In this document: one piece after another, positions 40,101 to 53,166 of the stretch | How positions within the stretch are numbered: position 1 is the first letter of the stretch | How the letters are laid out: every line of letters begins with the position of its first letter | From: Anolis carolinensis | Lineage: Eukaryota | Assembly: GCF_035594765.1 (NCBI RefSeq) | Contig: NW_026943821.1 | Location: forward strand, 20,243,608-20,307,607 | Reading direction: 5' to 3' | DNA: 64,000 bases | Position numbers and translations under genes: made by a program | Notes under the pieces: model-generated | Told to the model about the DNA's origin: nothing | What the model saw: the letters and a program-made list of their open reading frames with translations, nothing else | Databases searched by the model: none

Positions 40101-41835
40101 TAACGGCACTCCATGCAGTCATGCCGGCTACATGACCTTGGAGGTGTCTATGGACAACGCCGGCTCTTCGGCTTAGCAATGGAGATGAGCACCAACCCTC
40201 AGAGTCTGACACGATTAGACTTAATGTCAGGGGAAACCTTTACCTTTACCTATAATGATATAGTACAATATAGTAATTTAATGCTTATGTTGTGCTATGC
40301 TAATAATATATTGTATGTTCATTTGATTTGTAAGCCGCTCTGAGTCCCCTTCGGGGTGAGAAGAGCAGGATATAAATGTAGTAAATAAATAAATGTATTT
40401 TCATCTGCTGATGAAGTGCATCATGCCTGTATTTTCTTTCGTTATTTTGCAATTATCCGGGCTTGGCCCCATGTTAGTCGCCCCGAGTCCCTTTGGGAAG
40501 ATGGAGGCGGGGTATAAAAATAAGGTTATTATTATTACAATATAGTAATTTAATGCTTATATTGTGTTATGCTAATAATATATTGTGTGTTCATTTGATT
40601 TGTAAGCCGCTCTTGAGTCCCCTTCGGGGTGAGAAGAGTGGGTTATAAATGCAGTAAATAAATAAATAAATAATAAATACATGAATTTTCATCTGCTGAT
40701 GAAGTGCATTATGCATGTATTTTATTTTGTTATTTTGCAATTATCCGGGCTTGGCCCCATGTTAGTCACCCCGAGTCCCTTTGGGAAGATGGAGGCAGGG
40801 TACAAAAATAAAGTTATTATTAGTCACTGCGCGACAGTCAAAATATCAAATCCTGCACAGCAAAGACACAGAAATAAACACAGAACACATTTCCTTACCA
40901 TCTGCCCAATTCCCCATGACGCCCAACATGGAGGACATGCTATTGTAGGGCTCATCCCCTTTGGATGGTTTAGATTTGCTGGTGGAATGCAAAGAGTCCA
41001 GTTCTTGCGGGGCCACTGCCAAGCCCCTTGGGTTGCCATCGGACCCTTGGCCGTATTGGTACCCCACCGGGCCAGAATCCCCCTCCGAATCAATCTGGAG
41101 ATCGTCTTCCGGTGGAGAAGGATGGCTAACGGGTTCTGCGGCTCCGTCTTCCATCTTGCTCGACTTGTAGTGAGGGGCGTCGGGGGGCTGCGTCAGTCCC
41201 GAATGCCGGCTGTTTTTCTTCCCAGAGTCCGGCCTTTGGTCGTGTTTGGAGAGCGGCTGGACGTTCCTTTGCGAGGGCGGGTAATAGCTGAAACTGGTCC
41301 AGGAATTCCCGCTGTCCGGGCTCAAATGGGACGGAGGAGGGCTGCCCTCCGCTCGCCACCCGCCGCCGACTCCGCCGCCGTACAAACACAAACGCTCCAC
41401 GCCGTTCGAGTTCACGGCCTCTTTATCCGACAGGCTGAAGTAGCGGTCCTTCTCCTTCTCGCTGATGTCCAGGGAGGACTTGATGAAGGTCTTGCACACG
41501 CTGATGACGTCCGTCATCTGCAGGAAGCTGGCGGCCGACATGACCTCGATGACGTTCTGCCCCGTGAGAGAGAGCTTCCCTGAATAGACAAAGTCCAGGA
41601 TGACCGAAAAGGTCTCCGGGGCAAAGGCCTGGAAGGTGGCCGTGGAGGGCTGGCCGCTCTCTTTCGAGGACTGCGAGAGGAACATCTTGAAGTAGCCGCT
41701 GCTGGCGAAGAGCACGTTCCGGTGGGCCTTGAAGACCTTGCCTTCCACCACGATGCTGCAGTCGCAGAAGAGGTCCTGCCTGCGCTGCTCGTCCAACTGC
41801 TGCAGGAGGTGGAACTGGTGGGAGGAGATCTCCAT
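37121..41835 (-). CDS. ZBTB8A: Zinc finger and BTB domain protein 8A, 477 aa
   Basis: Exons 41835-40899 (BTB: [26 protein letters not shown]..), 38821-38652 (two C2H2 fingers, HTGERPY linker), 37447-37121; acceptor at 41863-62; AATAAA 36825-36820. Confidence 0.95.
39085..39735. repeat. GATA/GACA-derived complex satellite with N gap
   Basis: Reiterated TAGATAGA/GACAGACA/GATACGGTAGA units. Confidence 0.85.
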
Positions 41836-41932
41836 CCTCGACTGCTGCAGGCTTCCTTCCTCTGCAAAAGAGAAGGAACAGCACCCGTATTGACTACCAT
41901 CTCATGCACCGTCAATCTCATGCGCACCTCAA

Positions 41933-42380
41933 GTTTCAAAACCCCTATTTAGTATTTTTGCATTTTGGGTTTTGTAAATAGCTTCTATTATATTTTGGAA
42001 ATAATACCCCATATCCAATTCTCTAATTATTGTTTTAAAAAAATTCCCAATTAACGTTGTCGAAAGCTTTTTGGGCATCTAAAGCGAGGAAGAGGACTTT
42101 TTTTCTCATGATTTAAAAAATATATATTTTTATTGAAAATTTTATATTTAAGGTTAGAAAGAGGGGTTTCAAAACCCCTATTTAGTATTTTTGTATTTTG
42201 GGTTTTGTAAATAGCTTCTATTATATTTTGGAAATAATACCCCATATCAAATTCTCTAATTATTGTTTTAAAAAAATTCCCAATTAACGTTGTCGAAAGC
42301 TTTTTCGGCATCTAAAGCGAGGAAGAGGACTTTTTTCCTGATGATTTTAAAAAATATATATATTTATTGAAATTTTTTTA
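41933..42380 (-). mobile_element. L1/Tx1-type RT fragment, tandemly duplicated (about 233 bp)
   Basis: Minus strand encodes LDA(E/Q)KAFDNVNWEFFKTII; copies start at about 41933 and 42166. Confidence 0.65.
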
Positions 42381-43340
42381 GAAAGAGAATATAGGTTAGC
42401 CAGTAGTAAAATTTTCACATCGAAAGTGGGGGAACACTGATTGTTTATAGGAAAGTAGGAAATGAGATATAAAGAAGAGAAAGACAGAAAAAATAAAAAA
42501 ATAAAATAAAAATAAAAAATTGATTGACTTCCATCTAACTTTAACTGGTTCATCATAACAAAAAAAGAACACATACAGTAGCTTAAATGTACAGTAGAGT
42601 CTCACTTATCCAACCTTCGCTTATCCAACGTTCTGGATTATCCAACGTATTTTTGTAGTCAATGTTTTCAATATATCGTGATATTTTGGTGCTAAATTCG
42701 TAAATACAGTAATTACTACATAGCATTACTGCGTATTGAACTACTTTTTCTGCCAAATTTGTTGTCTAACATGTTTTGGTGCTTCATTTGTAAAATCATA
42801 ACCTAATTTGATGTTTAATAGGCTTTTCCTTAATCCCTCCTTATTATCCAACATATTCACTTATCCAACATTCTGCCGGCCCGTTTATGTTGGATAAGTG
42901 AGACTCTACTGTATTATTATCATCACATTAGATAAGGACAAGGGGTAAAAAATTCATTATTACTATTATTAAACTAAATAAGAAGGGCCCCCCAGTGGTG
43001 CAGTGTGTTAAAGCGCTGAGCTGCTGAACTTGCGGACCGAAAGGTCGCAGGTTCGAATCCTGGGAGCGGGGTGAGCACCCGCTGTTAGCCCCAGCTTCTG
43101 CCAACCTAGCAGTTTGTGTATGTGCAAATGTGAGTAAATCAATAGGTACCGCTCTGGTGGGAAGGTAACGGCATTTCATGCAATCATGCTGGCAACATGA
43201 CCTTAGAGGTGTCTATGGACAATGCCGGCTCTTTGGCTTAGGAATGGAGATGAGCACAAACCCCCAGAGTCGGACACGACTATCAGGGAAAAACCTTTAC
43301 CTTTACTCAGAAATGAGCAAAGCAATTATTATTATAATTA

Positions 43341-43815
43341 CTAGCTGTGCCCGGCCACGCGTTGCTGTGGCAAAGTGGTGGTGGTATTGGTTAAAAATTG
43401 TTGTGTAATTTTTATTTGACGTTATTTGTATTTTTAATTAATTTTATTGTAAGTTATCTTTTTATTTATTATATTTTATTATTTTCTTGTATAATTTTTA
43501 GTTATTTTCTGTTATTATAGTATTTTATTGTATTAATTTTTTTTGTGTTTTTAATTATTTTTTAGTGTTTTTTATTATTTTTTATTGGGTTGCTAGGAGA
43601 CCAAGTTGGAGGAGCTTAGCCTTCTAACTGGCAGCAATTGGATAAAAGCAATTATTCCTCTCTCTCTAATTAGGACTTTATTTTTCTTTTCTTTTTGTTG
43701 TATCAACCTAGAGCCATGGATGGTGGGTTGTGTCGTCAAATTTCGAGGTTGGGGGGCCTGTAGTTTTGTTGTTTTGTGGGTCGCCGTGATGCCATCACTC
43801 TTTTATATATATAGA
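43341..43815 (-). mobile_element. Non-autonomous Helitron, copy 3
   Basis: Reverse complement of 1559-2032, with TC start, CTAG end and hairpin. Confidence 0.8.
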
Positions 43816-44099
43816 TTATTAGACTACATAAGGAGAGGTGGGTAATACATTTACTACAAAGATGAGCTGCGCTGGCCACGACTGACCAGAACCCATAGGG
43901 AGCAGGAGGCTGGGCTTCGGATCAAGGGAGCTGTGCTGTGACCATTCCCATCTGGCCTGTCTTATTCTACCCAATAGGAACCGGTGCTTTTTCCTCCTTC
44001 CATCTCTCCTTCCTCACTTCAGCTTCCCTGAAGATGTGTGCTGGCCAACTTCGCCAGGGATGGACGGGATTTCTCAACCCACCACAGAGACCGGGAAAA

Positions 44100-45995
44100 G
44101 GGCCAAGGAAGGAAGAAGGAAGGGAGGGAGGAGAAGATGTATAAGGAAGAAAAGAAAAGAGAGAAGGGGAGAGGAAAGGAGAANNNNNNNNNNNNNNNNN
44201 NNNNNNNNNNNNNNNNNNNNNNNNNNNNNNNNNNNNNNNNNNNNNNNNNNNNNNNNNNNNNNNNNNNNNNNNNNNNNNNNNNNNNNNNNNNNNNNNNNNN
44301 NNNNNNNNNNNNNNNNNNNNNNNNNNNNNNNNNNNNNNNNNNNNNNNNNNNNNNNNNNNNNNNNNNAAAGAAAAGAGTGAAGGAGAGAGGAAAGGAGAAA
44401 AGCAAGAAGGAAGGGACAGAGGAAGGAAGGAAGGAAGGGAGGGAGGGAGGGAGGGAGGGAGGGAGGGGAAGATGATTAAGGAAGAAAAGAAAAGAGGGAA
44501 GGAGAGAGGAAAGGANNNNNNNNNNNNNNNNNNNNNNNNNNNNNNNNNNNNNNNNNNNNNNNNNNNNNNNNNNNNNNNNNNNNNNNNNNNNNNNNNNNNN
44601 NNNNNNNNNNNNNNNNNNNNNNNNNNNNNNNNNNNNNNNNNNNNNNNNNNNNNNNNNNNNNNNNNNNNNNNNNNNNNNNNNNAAGAAAAGAGGGAAGGAG
44701 AGAGGAAAGGANNNNNNNNNNNNNNNNNNNNNNNNNNNNNNNNNNNNNNNNNNNNNNNNNNNNNNNNNNNNNNNNNNNNNNNNNNNNNNNNNNNNNNNNN
44801 NNNNNNNNNNNNNNNNNNNNNNNNNNNNNNNNNNNNNNNNNNNNNNNNNNNNNNNNNNNNNNNNNNATTAAGGAAGAAAAGAAAAGAGGGAAGGGGAGAG
44901 GAAAGGAGAANNNNNNNNNNNNNNNNNNNNNNNNNNNNNNNNNNNNNNNNNNNNNNNNNNNNNNNNNNNNNNNNNNNNNNNNNNNNNNNNNNNNNNNNNN
45001 NNNNNNNNNNNNNNNNNNNNNNNNNNNNNNNNNNNNNNNNNNNNNNNNNNNNNNNNNNNGCAGGAAGGAAGGGAAGAAGTTAGGGATGGAGGAAGGAAGG
45101 AAGGGAGAGAGGAAGGGAGAGAGGAAGAAAAGAAGGAAGAAAGGAACGAAGGAAGGAAGGAAAAATGAGAATATGAAGAAGGGGAAAAAGAAGGAAGGGA
45201 AGAGGAAGGGAGGAAAGAAGGGAGGGAGGGAGGGAGGAGAAGATGAATAAGGAAGAAAAGAAAAGAAATGGGAAGGAGAGAGGAAAGGAGAAAAGCAGGA
45301 AGGAAGGGAAGAAGGAATGGATGAAGGAAGGAAGGGAGAGAGGAAGGAGAAGAAGAAGGGAGGTAGGGAGGGAGGAAAGAAGAAAAGAAGGAAGGAAAAA
45401 GGAGAATGTGANNNNNNNNNNNNNNNNNNNNNNNNNNNNNNNNNNNNNNNNNNNNNNNNNNNNNNNNNNNNNNNNNNNNNNNNNNNNNNNNNNNNNNNNN
45501 NNNNNNNNNNNNNNNNNNNNNNNNNNNNNNNNNNNNNNNNNNNNNNNNNNNNNNNNNNNNNNNNNNNNNNNNNNNNNNNNNNNNNNNNNNNNNNNNNNNN
45601 NNNNNNNNNNNNNNNNNNNNNNNNNNNNNNNNNNNNNNNNNNNNNNNNNNNNNNNNNNGAAAAAGAAAGGAAGGGAAGAAGGAAGGGAGCAAAAAAGGGA
45701 GGAAGGGAGGAAGGAAAGAAGGAAGGAAAGAAAAAAGAAGGAAGGGAGAAATGAGAGAAGGATGGGAGGGAGGAAAGAAGGAAGGGAGGTTGGGAGGAAG
45801 GCTGGAATGAAGGAAAGGAGAAGAAGGAAGGAAAGAAAAAAGTCAGGAAAGGGAGGAAGAAATAAAAGAAGGATGGAAGAGGAGAAGAGGAAGGGAGGAA
45901 GGAGAAAAGGAAGGAAAGAAAGAAGGAAGGGAAGGAGGGAAGAAGGGAGGGGAAGAGGAAGAAGGGAGGACGGAAAGGTAGGAGGGAGGGAGGGA
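44100..45995. repeat. Polypurine (GA-rich) low-complexity tract with assembly gaps
   Basis: Nearly pure A/G plus strand with several N runs. Confidence 0.9.
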
Positions 45996-46640
45996 GGGCG
46001 CCAGGGATCCTCAGCCCCGCCCCGCCTCCTCCGCCTCCTCCTCCTCCTCCCCTGGCGGGCCACTCGCTCCGCACCGGAGGTTCCAAGGGACTCCCGCCAG
46101 GGACCCGGGAAGGAAGGAAGGGAGGAAGAGAGGAAGGGAGGGAAGGAGGAGAGAAGGGAAGGGCCAGGGGAGTCCCCGCTCGCCCGCCCGCCCGCCCGCC
46201 CGCCTCCCTGGAGACGGCTCCCCGCCCGCCCTCCCTCCCTCCCGCGCCCGCCCTCCCTCCCTCCCGCGCCCCTTCTTGCCCGGCTCAGCCCTCCTTGCCC
46301 TCGGCCGGGCCCCGCGGCGCCGCTCACCGTCCTGCGAGAGGCCGCGCCTGGGCGGAGGGCGCTGCGGGCGCTGCGGGCGAGGAAGCGAGGCAGGGAGGGA
46401 GAAGCCCGGCGGCGGCGGCGGGAAACAAAAGGCTGAGCCCAGCGCTGCTGCTGCCTCTGCCTCTGCTGCTGGTGATGATGATGACGTGGGCGTCGGAGGG
46501 CGGAAAAGAGAGAGAGGCGCCCCGGGGACACAGTTAAAGGGGCAAGGCGCAAAGAGGGCGGGGGAGCCAGGCAGGCAGGGAGGCGGGCGCTGCGCCCTTC
46601 CAGGCTCTGCCCACCACCCCTGCAGAACGCCCCGCAGGCA
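45995..46640 (-). promoter_or_regulatory. ZBTB8A CpG-island promoter and probable non-coding exon 1
   Basis: GC/CpG-rich, Sp1-like repeats, TGACGT half-CRE, minus-strand donor ACG|GTGAGC at 46328/46327. Confidence 0.7.
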
Positions 46641-48306
46641 CAGCCAAAGCCCTCCCAGCAGATAGCCATCCAGCCATAGATATCATTGAGATAGGTAGGT
46701 AGGTAGAGATGGCTGAAGACACAATCAAAGCCCTCCCGACAGATGGCCATCCAGCCATAGATATGATTGAGATAGGTAGGTAGGTAGAGATGGCTGAAGA
46801 CACAATCAAAGCCCTCCCGACAGATGGCCATCCAGCCATAGATATGATTGAGATAGGTAGGTAGGTAGAGATGGCTGAAGACACAATCAAAGCCCTCCCG
46901 ACAGATGGCCATCCAGCCATAGATATCATTGAGATAGGTAGGTAGGTAGAGATGGCTGAAGACACAATCAAAGCCCTCCCGACAGATGGCCATCCAGCCA
47001 TAGATATCATTGAGATAGGTAGGTAGGTAGAGATGGCTGAAGACACAATCAAAGCCCTCCCGACAGATGGCCATCCAGCCATAGATATCATTGAGATAGG
47101 TAGGTAGGTAGAGATGGCTGAAGACACAATCAAAGCCCTCCCGACAGATGGCCATCCAGCCATAGATATGATTGAGATAGATAGGTAGAGATGGCTGAAG
47201 GTATTTATTATATGGTAGGGATAGCATAGAAATTGTGCTGGAAGGAGTTCCCAAGGGCCATCCAGTCCAGCCTGCTACACAATCAAAGCCCTCCCGACAG
47301 ATGGCCACCCAGCCATAGATAGGATTGAGATAGATAGATAGGTAGGTAGAGATGGCTGAAGACACAATCAAAGCCTCCCCGACAGATGCCCATTCAGCCA
47401 TAGATAGGATTGAGATAGATAGATAGGTAGGTAGAGATGGCTGAAGACACAATCAAAGCCCGCCTGACAGATGGCCATCCAGCCATAGATATGATTGAGA
47501 TAGATAGGTAGGTAGGTAGAGATGGCTGAAGACACAATCAAAGCCCTCCCGACAGATGGCCATCCAGCCATAGATATCATTGAGATAGATAGATAGATAG
47601 GTAGATATGGCTGAAGACACAAAGCCCTCCCAACAGATGGTCATCCAGCCATAGATAGGATTGAGATAGATAGGTAGGTAGAGATGGCTGAAGACACAAT
47701 CAAAGCCCTCCCAAGAGATGGCCATCCAGCCATAGATATCATTGAGATAGGTAGGTAGAGATGGCTGAAGACACAATCAAAGCCCTCCTGACAGATGGCC
47801 ATCTAGCCATAGATATCATTGAGATAGATAGGTAGGCAGATATGGCTGAAGACACAATCAAAGCCCTCCCGACAGATGGCCATCCAGCCATAGATATGAT
47901 TGAGATAGATAGGTAGATAGATATGGCTGCAGACCCAATCAAAGCCCTCCCAAGAGATGTCCATCCAGCCATAGATATCATTGAGATAGATAGGTTGGTA
48001 GATGTGGCGGAAGACACAATCAAAGCCCTCCTGACAGATGGCCATCCAGCCATAGGTAGGATTGAGATAGGTAGGTAGGTAGAGATGGCTGAAGACACAA
48101 TCAAAGCCCTCCCAACAGATGGCCATCCAACCATAGATATCATTGAGATAGATAGGTAGGTAGCGATGGCTGAAGGTATTTATATATGGTAGGGATAGCA
48201 TAGAAATTGTGCTGGAAGGGGTTCCCAAGGGCCATCCAGTCCAGCCTGCTTCTGCCAGGTAGAGACACAATCAAAGCCCTCTCGACAGATGGCCATCCAG
48301 CCATAG
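46640..48306. repeat. 81-bp minisatellite (CR1-like core plus GATA/GGTA)
   Basis: GAAGACACAATCAAAGCCCTCCCGACAGATGGCCATCCAGCCATAGAT.. period 81. Confidence 0.92.
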
Positions 48307-48761
48307 AAAGGAGTGAGATCATTTTCTTTTACTTGCATGAAAACAAGACCCTCGTTCCATCGTTTTCTTGATGTTCATTCACTTATTTTATTTTCCACAT
48401 GTTTCATCTATAAAAGTACCGGACAACAGCCATATAAACGTGTATGGTACATGTACAGTTTCAACAAGACGCAATAACGCACCACCGGAGAAACGGGGGG
48501 GGGGGGGGGGGGTGTCACAAAAGCACTTTGCATTGGCTCCTTTGCCCTTGGAGCAGAACAGTGGCTTTTTAGAGATTCTCAGCTTTGGTTTATTTCCTTC
48601 CGCTTTGATATAAGCCAAGAGGAATACGCTGGGATTTCACTTTGGCACCAGAGTTTTGAGAGGACCATACCATAATAATATGTTATTTTGTAATAATAAT
48701 TATTATTTGTAGAAAACCCTACAAAATTATTAGAGTATTATTATTATATCATAATAATTGT

Positions 48762-48900
48762 GTAGGATTTTCTTAGACAAAGAATGCTCAGAGGTGGCTT
48801 GGCCAGTTCCCTTCTTCCAAAATACAGCACTTGGGTTTGCTTGGCGGTCTCCCATCCAAGTACTAACCAGGGCTGTCCCTGCTTAGCATCCACGGTCAGC
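48762..48900 (-). mobile_element. 5S rRNA-derived SINE fragment (5S-Sauria-like)
   Basis: Minus strand GCTAAGCAGGG..CCTGGTTAGTACTTGGATGGGAGACCGCC matches the 5S internal control region, followed by a non-5S body also seen at about 8750-8810. Confidence 0.7.
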
Positions 48901-51900
48901 TAAGACATTTCAGGTACTGTATATACCCAAGTATAAGCCTAGTTTTTCAGCCCTTTTTTAGGGCTGAAAAAGCTCCCCTCGGCTTATACTCGAGTGAGGG
49001 TCCTGGCCGGCTTCTATTCAGGTCGGCTTATACTTGAGTATATAGGTATTCAGAGTTGGACAGTCTTATCTTATTAAAGGCTTATTATCTTAAATTACAT
49101 TAATTTTATATATGAATTTTCCCAGCATATGTTTGCAGGTCTTTGCAAATCCTATATACATATAGATCCACGGACCTGTACATCTGTATCCATATATATA
49201 CATTATTTAACCTACTGATGCCTCAAATAATGCAATTTTATTAATATCTATTTTTATTTTTGAAATTGAGCCATAGCTGCTGCATTTTCCACCCTTGTCT
49301 TATACTCGAGTCAATAGGTTTTCCCAGTTTATGTGGTAAAATTAGGTGCCTCGGCTTATATTCGGATCGGCTTATACTCGAGTATATACGGGTATCTGGA
49401 TATCAACTTAGACTCCATCTGCACTGACCGTTTAATGCGGTTCAAAGCTAGTTTTATGTTGCGGAGGACAGACAAACACGCAAAAAAGGGCATGAAAGAA
49501 AGCCCTTCATGCACATCCGTGCAATCAAACTGGTTCCAGGATTTCCTCTGGCATCGAATAAGAGCTCAGTGCATTCTTGCCACCAAAGCTCCAAAAACAG
49601 TTCATTGTTGCCTTTGTCCCATTGATTTTAGTTAGGGTGGCCCCAGAAATGGATGCATGAGGATTCTGTACCATATAAATTTAGAAAACTTGGCACCGCG
49701 GGGTCTGAAAGGCAGCAAATATTATGGTTTCCTCGTCATAGGTTTCCGCCCTTCTCTTTACATAGAAGAAGTGGATGAAAAGGTGGGATACCTGGGGAGA
49801 ATTTGCCTAAATATGTCTACAAACCAAAACATTACATTGGTCAAAATTGGGCCAAGGAGCTCCAGTTGTAAAGTTACTGTTCACTGCAAAAGAAAGAATG
49901 AAAAACGAAGGGAAAAGGAAAGGAAAAACTACATTATCTCTCAAATGGTCTGGGGATTCAGCACTGAGGAGTCTAGATTCTTTTCAGTCAAAAGGGCAGA
50001 TTGTAAATCTCAGTGTTTTACTACATAATTATGGTTTTTTTAAAAGGATTATTGCTTCCTGCTCAGCTCTGTTTGCCTCGTAAACAATAGAAATCGGTAT
50101 GATAACAACCATCGCAATCTCTTTTATAGCAATGCTTTGGAACATTTTAGAAAATGGGTCTGTAAGGGAACCAACGCAAGTCACCAAATTTATGTAGCAT
50201 CCCAGGTATTAATTATGACCAAAGTGATTGTATATAAATATGCAAAGCTTGGTTGACTTTTAACAAATTGCTTGTTTCGCTATCTTAATAAGGGTTCCCT
50301 CCAGTATGTTTCCCAGTCGAGTTAATTGCTGTGTTCCTAGATATTAATAGTGACCCTAAGTTGTCCCACTGGGATTGCTGTTGCTGTTTTGCAACATTAA
50401 TCCTTCAAGGGTTTGCCATTGTCTTCGCCTATGGCTGAGAGACCGGGATTTATCACTGGATGTCTATGGCCAATTGTCATAATCGCTCATGTCATGCAAC
50501 GATAATATCCCCGGTACAGTCACATAGCATATGGACAAAAGGGGGGACAGGGACAAATGGGGCAGGAAACTGGAAGGTGACATTAGCTGGCCATAAAGAT
50601 CAATTACTCCGATGTGCAGGAAAGTGCAGGCTTCAGAGGAGTTCTGTGATTTATGACATTATAGGTAAAGCCCCTGGTGGCGCAGCGTGTTAAAGCACTG
50701 ACCAACGGTCACAGGGGAGTTGAGTGAGCACCCCCTGTTAGCCCCAGCTTCTGCCAACCTAGTCAAAGGTTTCCCCTGACATTAAGTCCAGTCGTGTCCG
50801 ACTCTGGGGGTTGGTCCTCATTTCTATTTCTAAGCTGAAGAGCCGGCGTTGTCCCTATACACCTCCAAGGTCATGTGGCCAGCATGACTGCATGGAGCGC
50901 TGTTACCTTCCCATACCTATTGATCTATTCACATTTGCATGTTTTCGAACTGCTATGTTGGCAGAAGCTGGAGCTAATAGTGGGTGCTCACCCCGCTTCT
51001 CGTTTTCAAACCTGCGACCTTTCAGTCTGCAAGTTCAGCAGCTCGGCTCTTTAACACACTGCACCACTGGGGGCTCAGCAGTTCGAAAACATGCAAACGT
51101 GAGTAGATCAATAGGTACTGCTCTTGCTGGAAGATAACGGCGCTCCATGTAGTCATGCCAGCGACATGGCCTTGGAGGTGTCTATGGATAACACCGGCTC
51201 TTTGGCTTAGAAATGGAGATGAGCACCAACCTTCAGAGTTGGACACGACTGGACGTAATGTCAGGGGAAAACCTTTACCTTTACTACTAGGTAAAGCCCA
51301 ATATATATGGGCTGTAGAGCATTACTTATGTATTCCGAACAATAAAGATATTTGGTATCCTCAGCTCCTGTGCATCTTGGAGAATTCTTTTGAGAGAAGG
51401 CTAACTCTATAGCAACACAGCCAATGCTCAAAGGGACCATAACACTTTGTTCAGAATCACCAGCGTGCTTCTACCCACAGCAAACATGCAGTCCAACATT
51501 GAAACCACTGAAACCTGCCTGGCTCTCTAATAAACAAGGGGAATCAGCCGTTGGAAAGTCAACCAAGGAGCCCCACATTTCCATTGACAGGAAGGAGATG
51601 ATGTCCAAGGTGAAATTTCTAACATGGAGCAGGACTCGGGTTTATAAGACTGTAAAAATCTAAAAAGAATTGTCAGTACAGACGACACCATCTCACCATA
51701 CAAATAACACGGATTTAAATTGAAGGAAAGTGGACAGGAACGTGGTCCTTATTACAAAGTGGATGAAGGGCACCTTGGAAAGATAAGAGAGAGCTGGATA
51801 AATGTGGCTCATTTAAAGTTTTGTAACAACTTGGACAGAGACGCTTTGTGCCACGACAAATGACCAAAACTTTGGCATTCCTAGAAATTCTTTTAAGGTT

Positions 51901-52331
51901 TTCCTTTTCTCCAAAATTAAGATAATCCAGCCCAAAGAAGAGTTCAATCCAGCTTTCTTCCAAACAGAAAGTGGAATCGTATAAAAGGGTCTGGGAGAAA
52001 GGCAGCAAAGAGTGGCAGCAAAGAGGACGAGAAACAACTGAATGGACGGAGGAAGGTTTCTCACTGCACAGATCCCAAGGCAAGCAAGAGATGGCGGGAA
52101 TGCGGCTTCCGTTTACCCTGGACACAAAATCCCTTTGAAAGGTATAGCGCACAGCACTAAAAACAGTTTAGAAGACATGTCGGAGTTGTGGAAGTCCAAC
52201 TGCTCCTATATGTCCTAGGAAAGTTGAATGTTGATATTATTCATATTTTTTAAAGATCACGATCTTGATAAATATCGTACAACAAGTCACACAAAAAGAC
52301 TTCTTGGCATTACCCTGCCCTGCTTTGGCTA

Positions 52332-53118
52332 CTACAGAAGGGCTTCCCGGTGCAGGCCCCGCTTATCGTCGGGATCGGGGTCCACGTCGTCGTCGTCATC
52401 CGGGGGGTCGTTCTCGTCCCCGGACTCCACATAGATGGGCCAGTCATTGTCCGGATCTCTCTTCTCCGGACCCTCCGAGGAAGGCTCCATCAGGCTGAGG
52501 TTGATGGGCATGGAGTCCTCATGCGTAGTCGTGACGCATGTGCAGCTGTCGCACAGGCCGAAGCGTCGCAAGCCTTGGGACAGGCTGCTGGTGAACGTTC
52601 TCCGGCAGCCTTTGCAGATGATGGGCTTGTTCGAGCGATGGACCTGGAAAGGCAAAGCAGAGCAGGAACATGAGCGGATCAGGTGCCAAAAAATATGGCA
52701 TTATATGGTCCTTGAGGGGCCAGCAGAAGTCATCTGGAACATATCAGCAGCATGGGAGCAGGGGCTCTTATACCAAGAGTAGGAGTGTCACACTCATTTT
52801 CATGGAGGGTCATATCAGCCTAATAATAATAATAAGAAAAAGAAGAAGTAGAAGAAGAAGACTGGCAGAAACCAGCGCAGGTGGTCCCGGTGGTGATTGG
52901 CACATTGGGTGCCGTGCCAAAAGATCTCAGCCGGCATTTGGAAACAATAGACATTGACAAAATTACGATCTGCCAACTGCAAAAAGCCACCCGACTGGGA
53001 TCTGCGCGCATCATCCGAAAATACATCACACAGTCCTAGACACTTGGGAAGTGTTCGACTTGTGATTTTGTGATACGAAATCCAGCATATCTATCTTGTT
53101 TGCTGTGTCATACAATAA

Positions 53119-53166
<48 letters not shown>

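Noticed and set aside
40681-41583. 300-aa plus-strand ORF
   Set aside because: Antisense shadow of the GC-rich ZBTB8A coding exon.
44476-47452. Long ORFs (536, 790, 397 aa)
   Set aside because: They run through polypurine tracts, N gaps, a CpG island and the 81-bp satellite; low-complexity artefacts.
48820-48900. 5S rRNA gene
   Set aside because: Partial, diverged and fused to a SINE body; not a functional rRNA gene.
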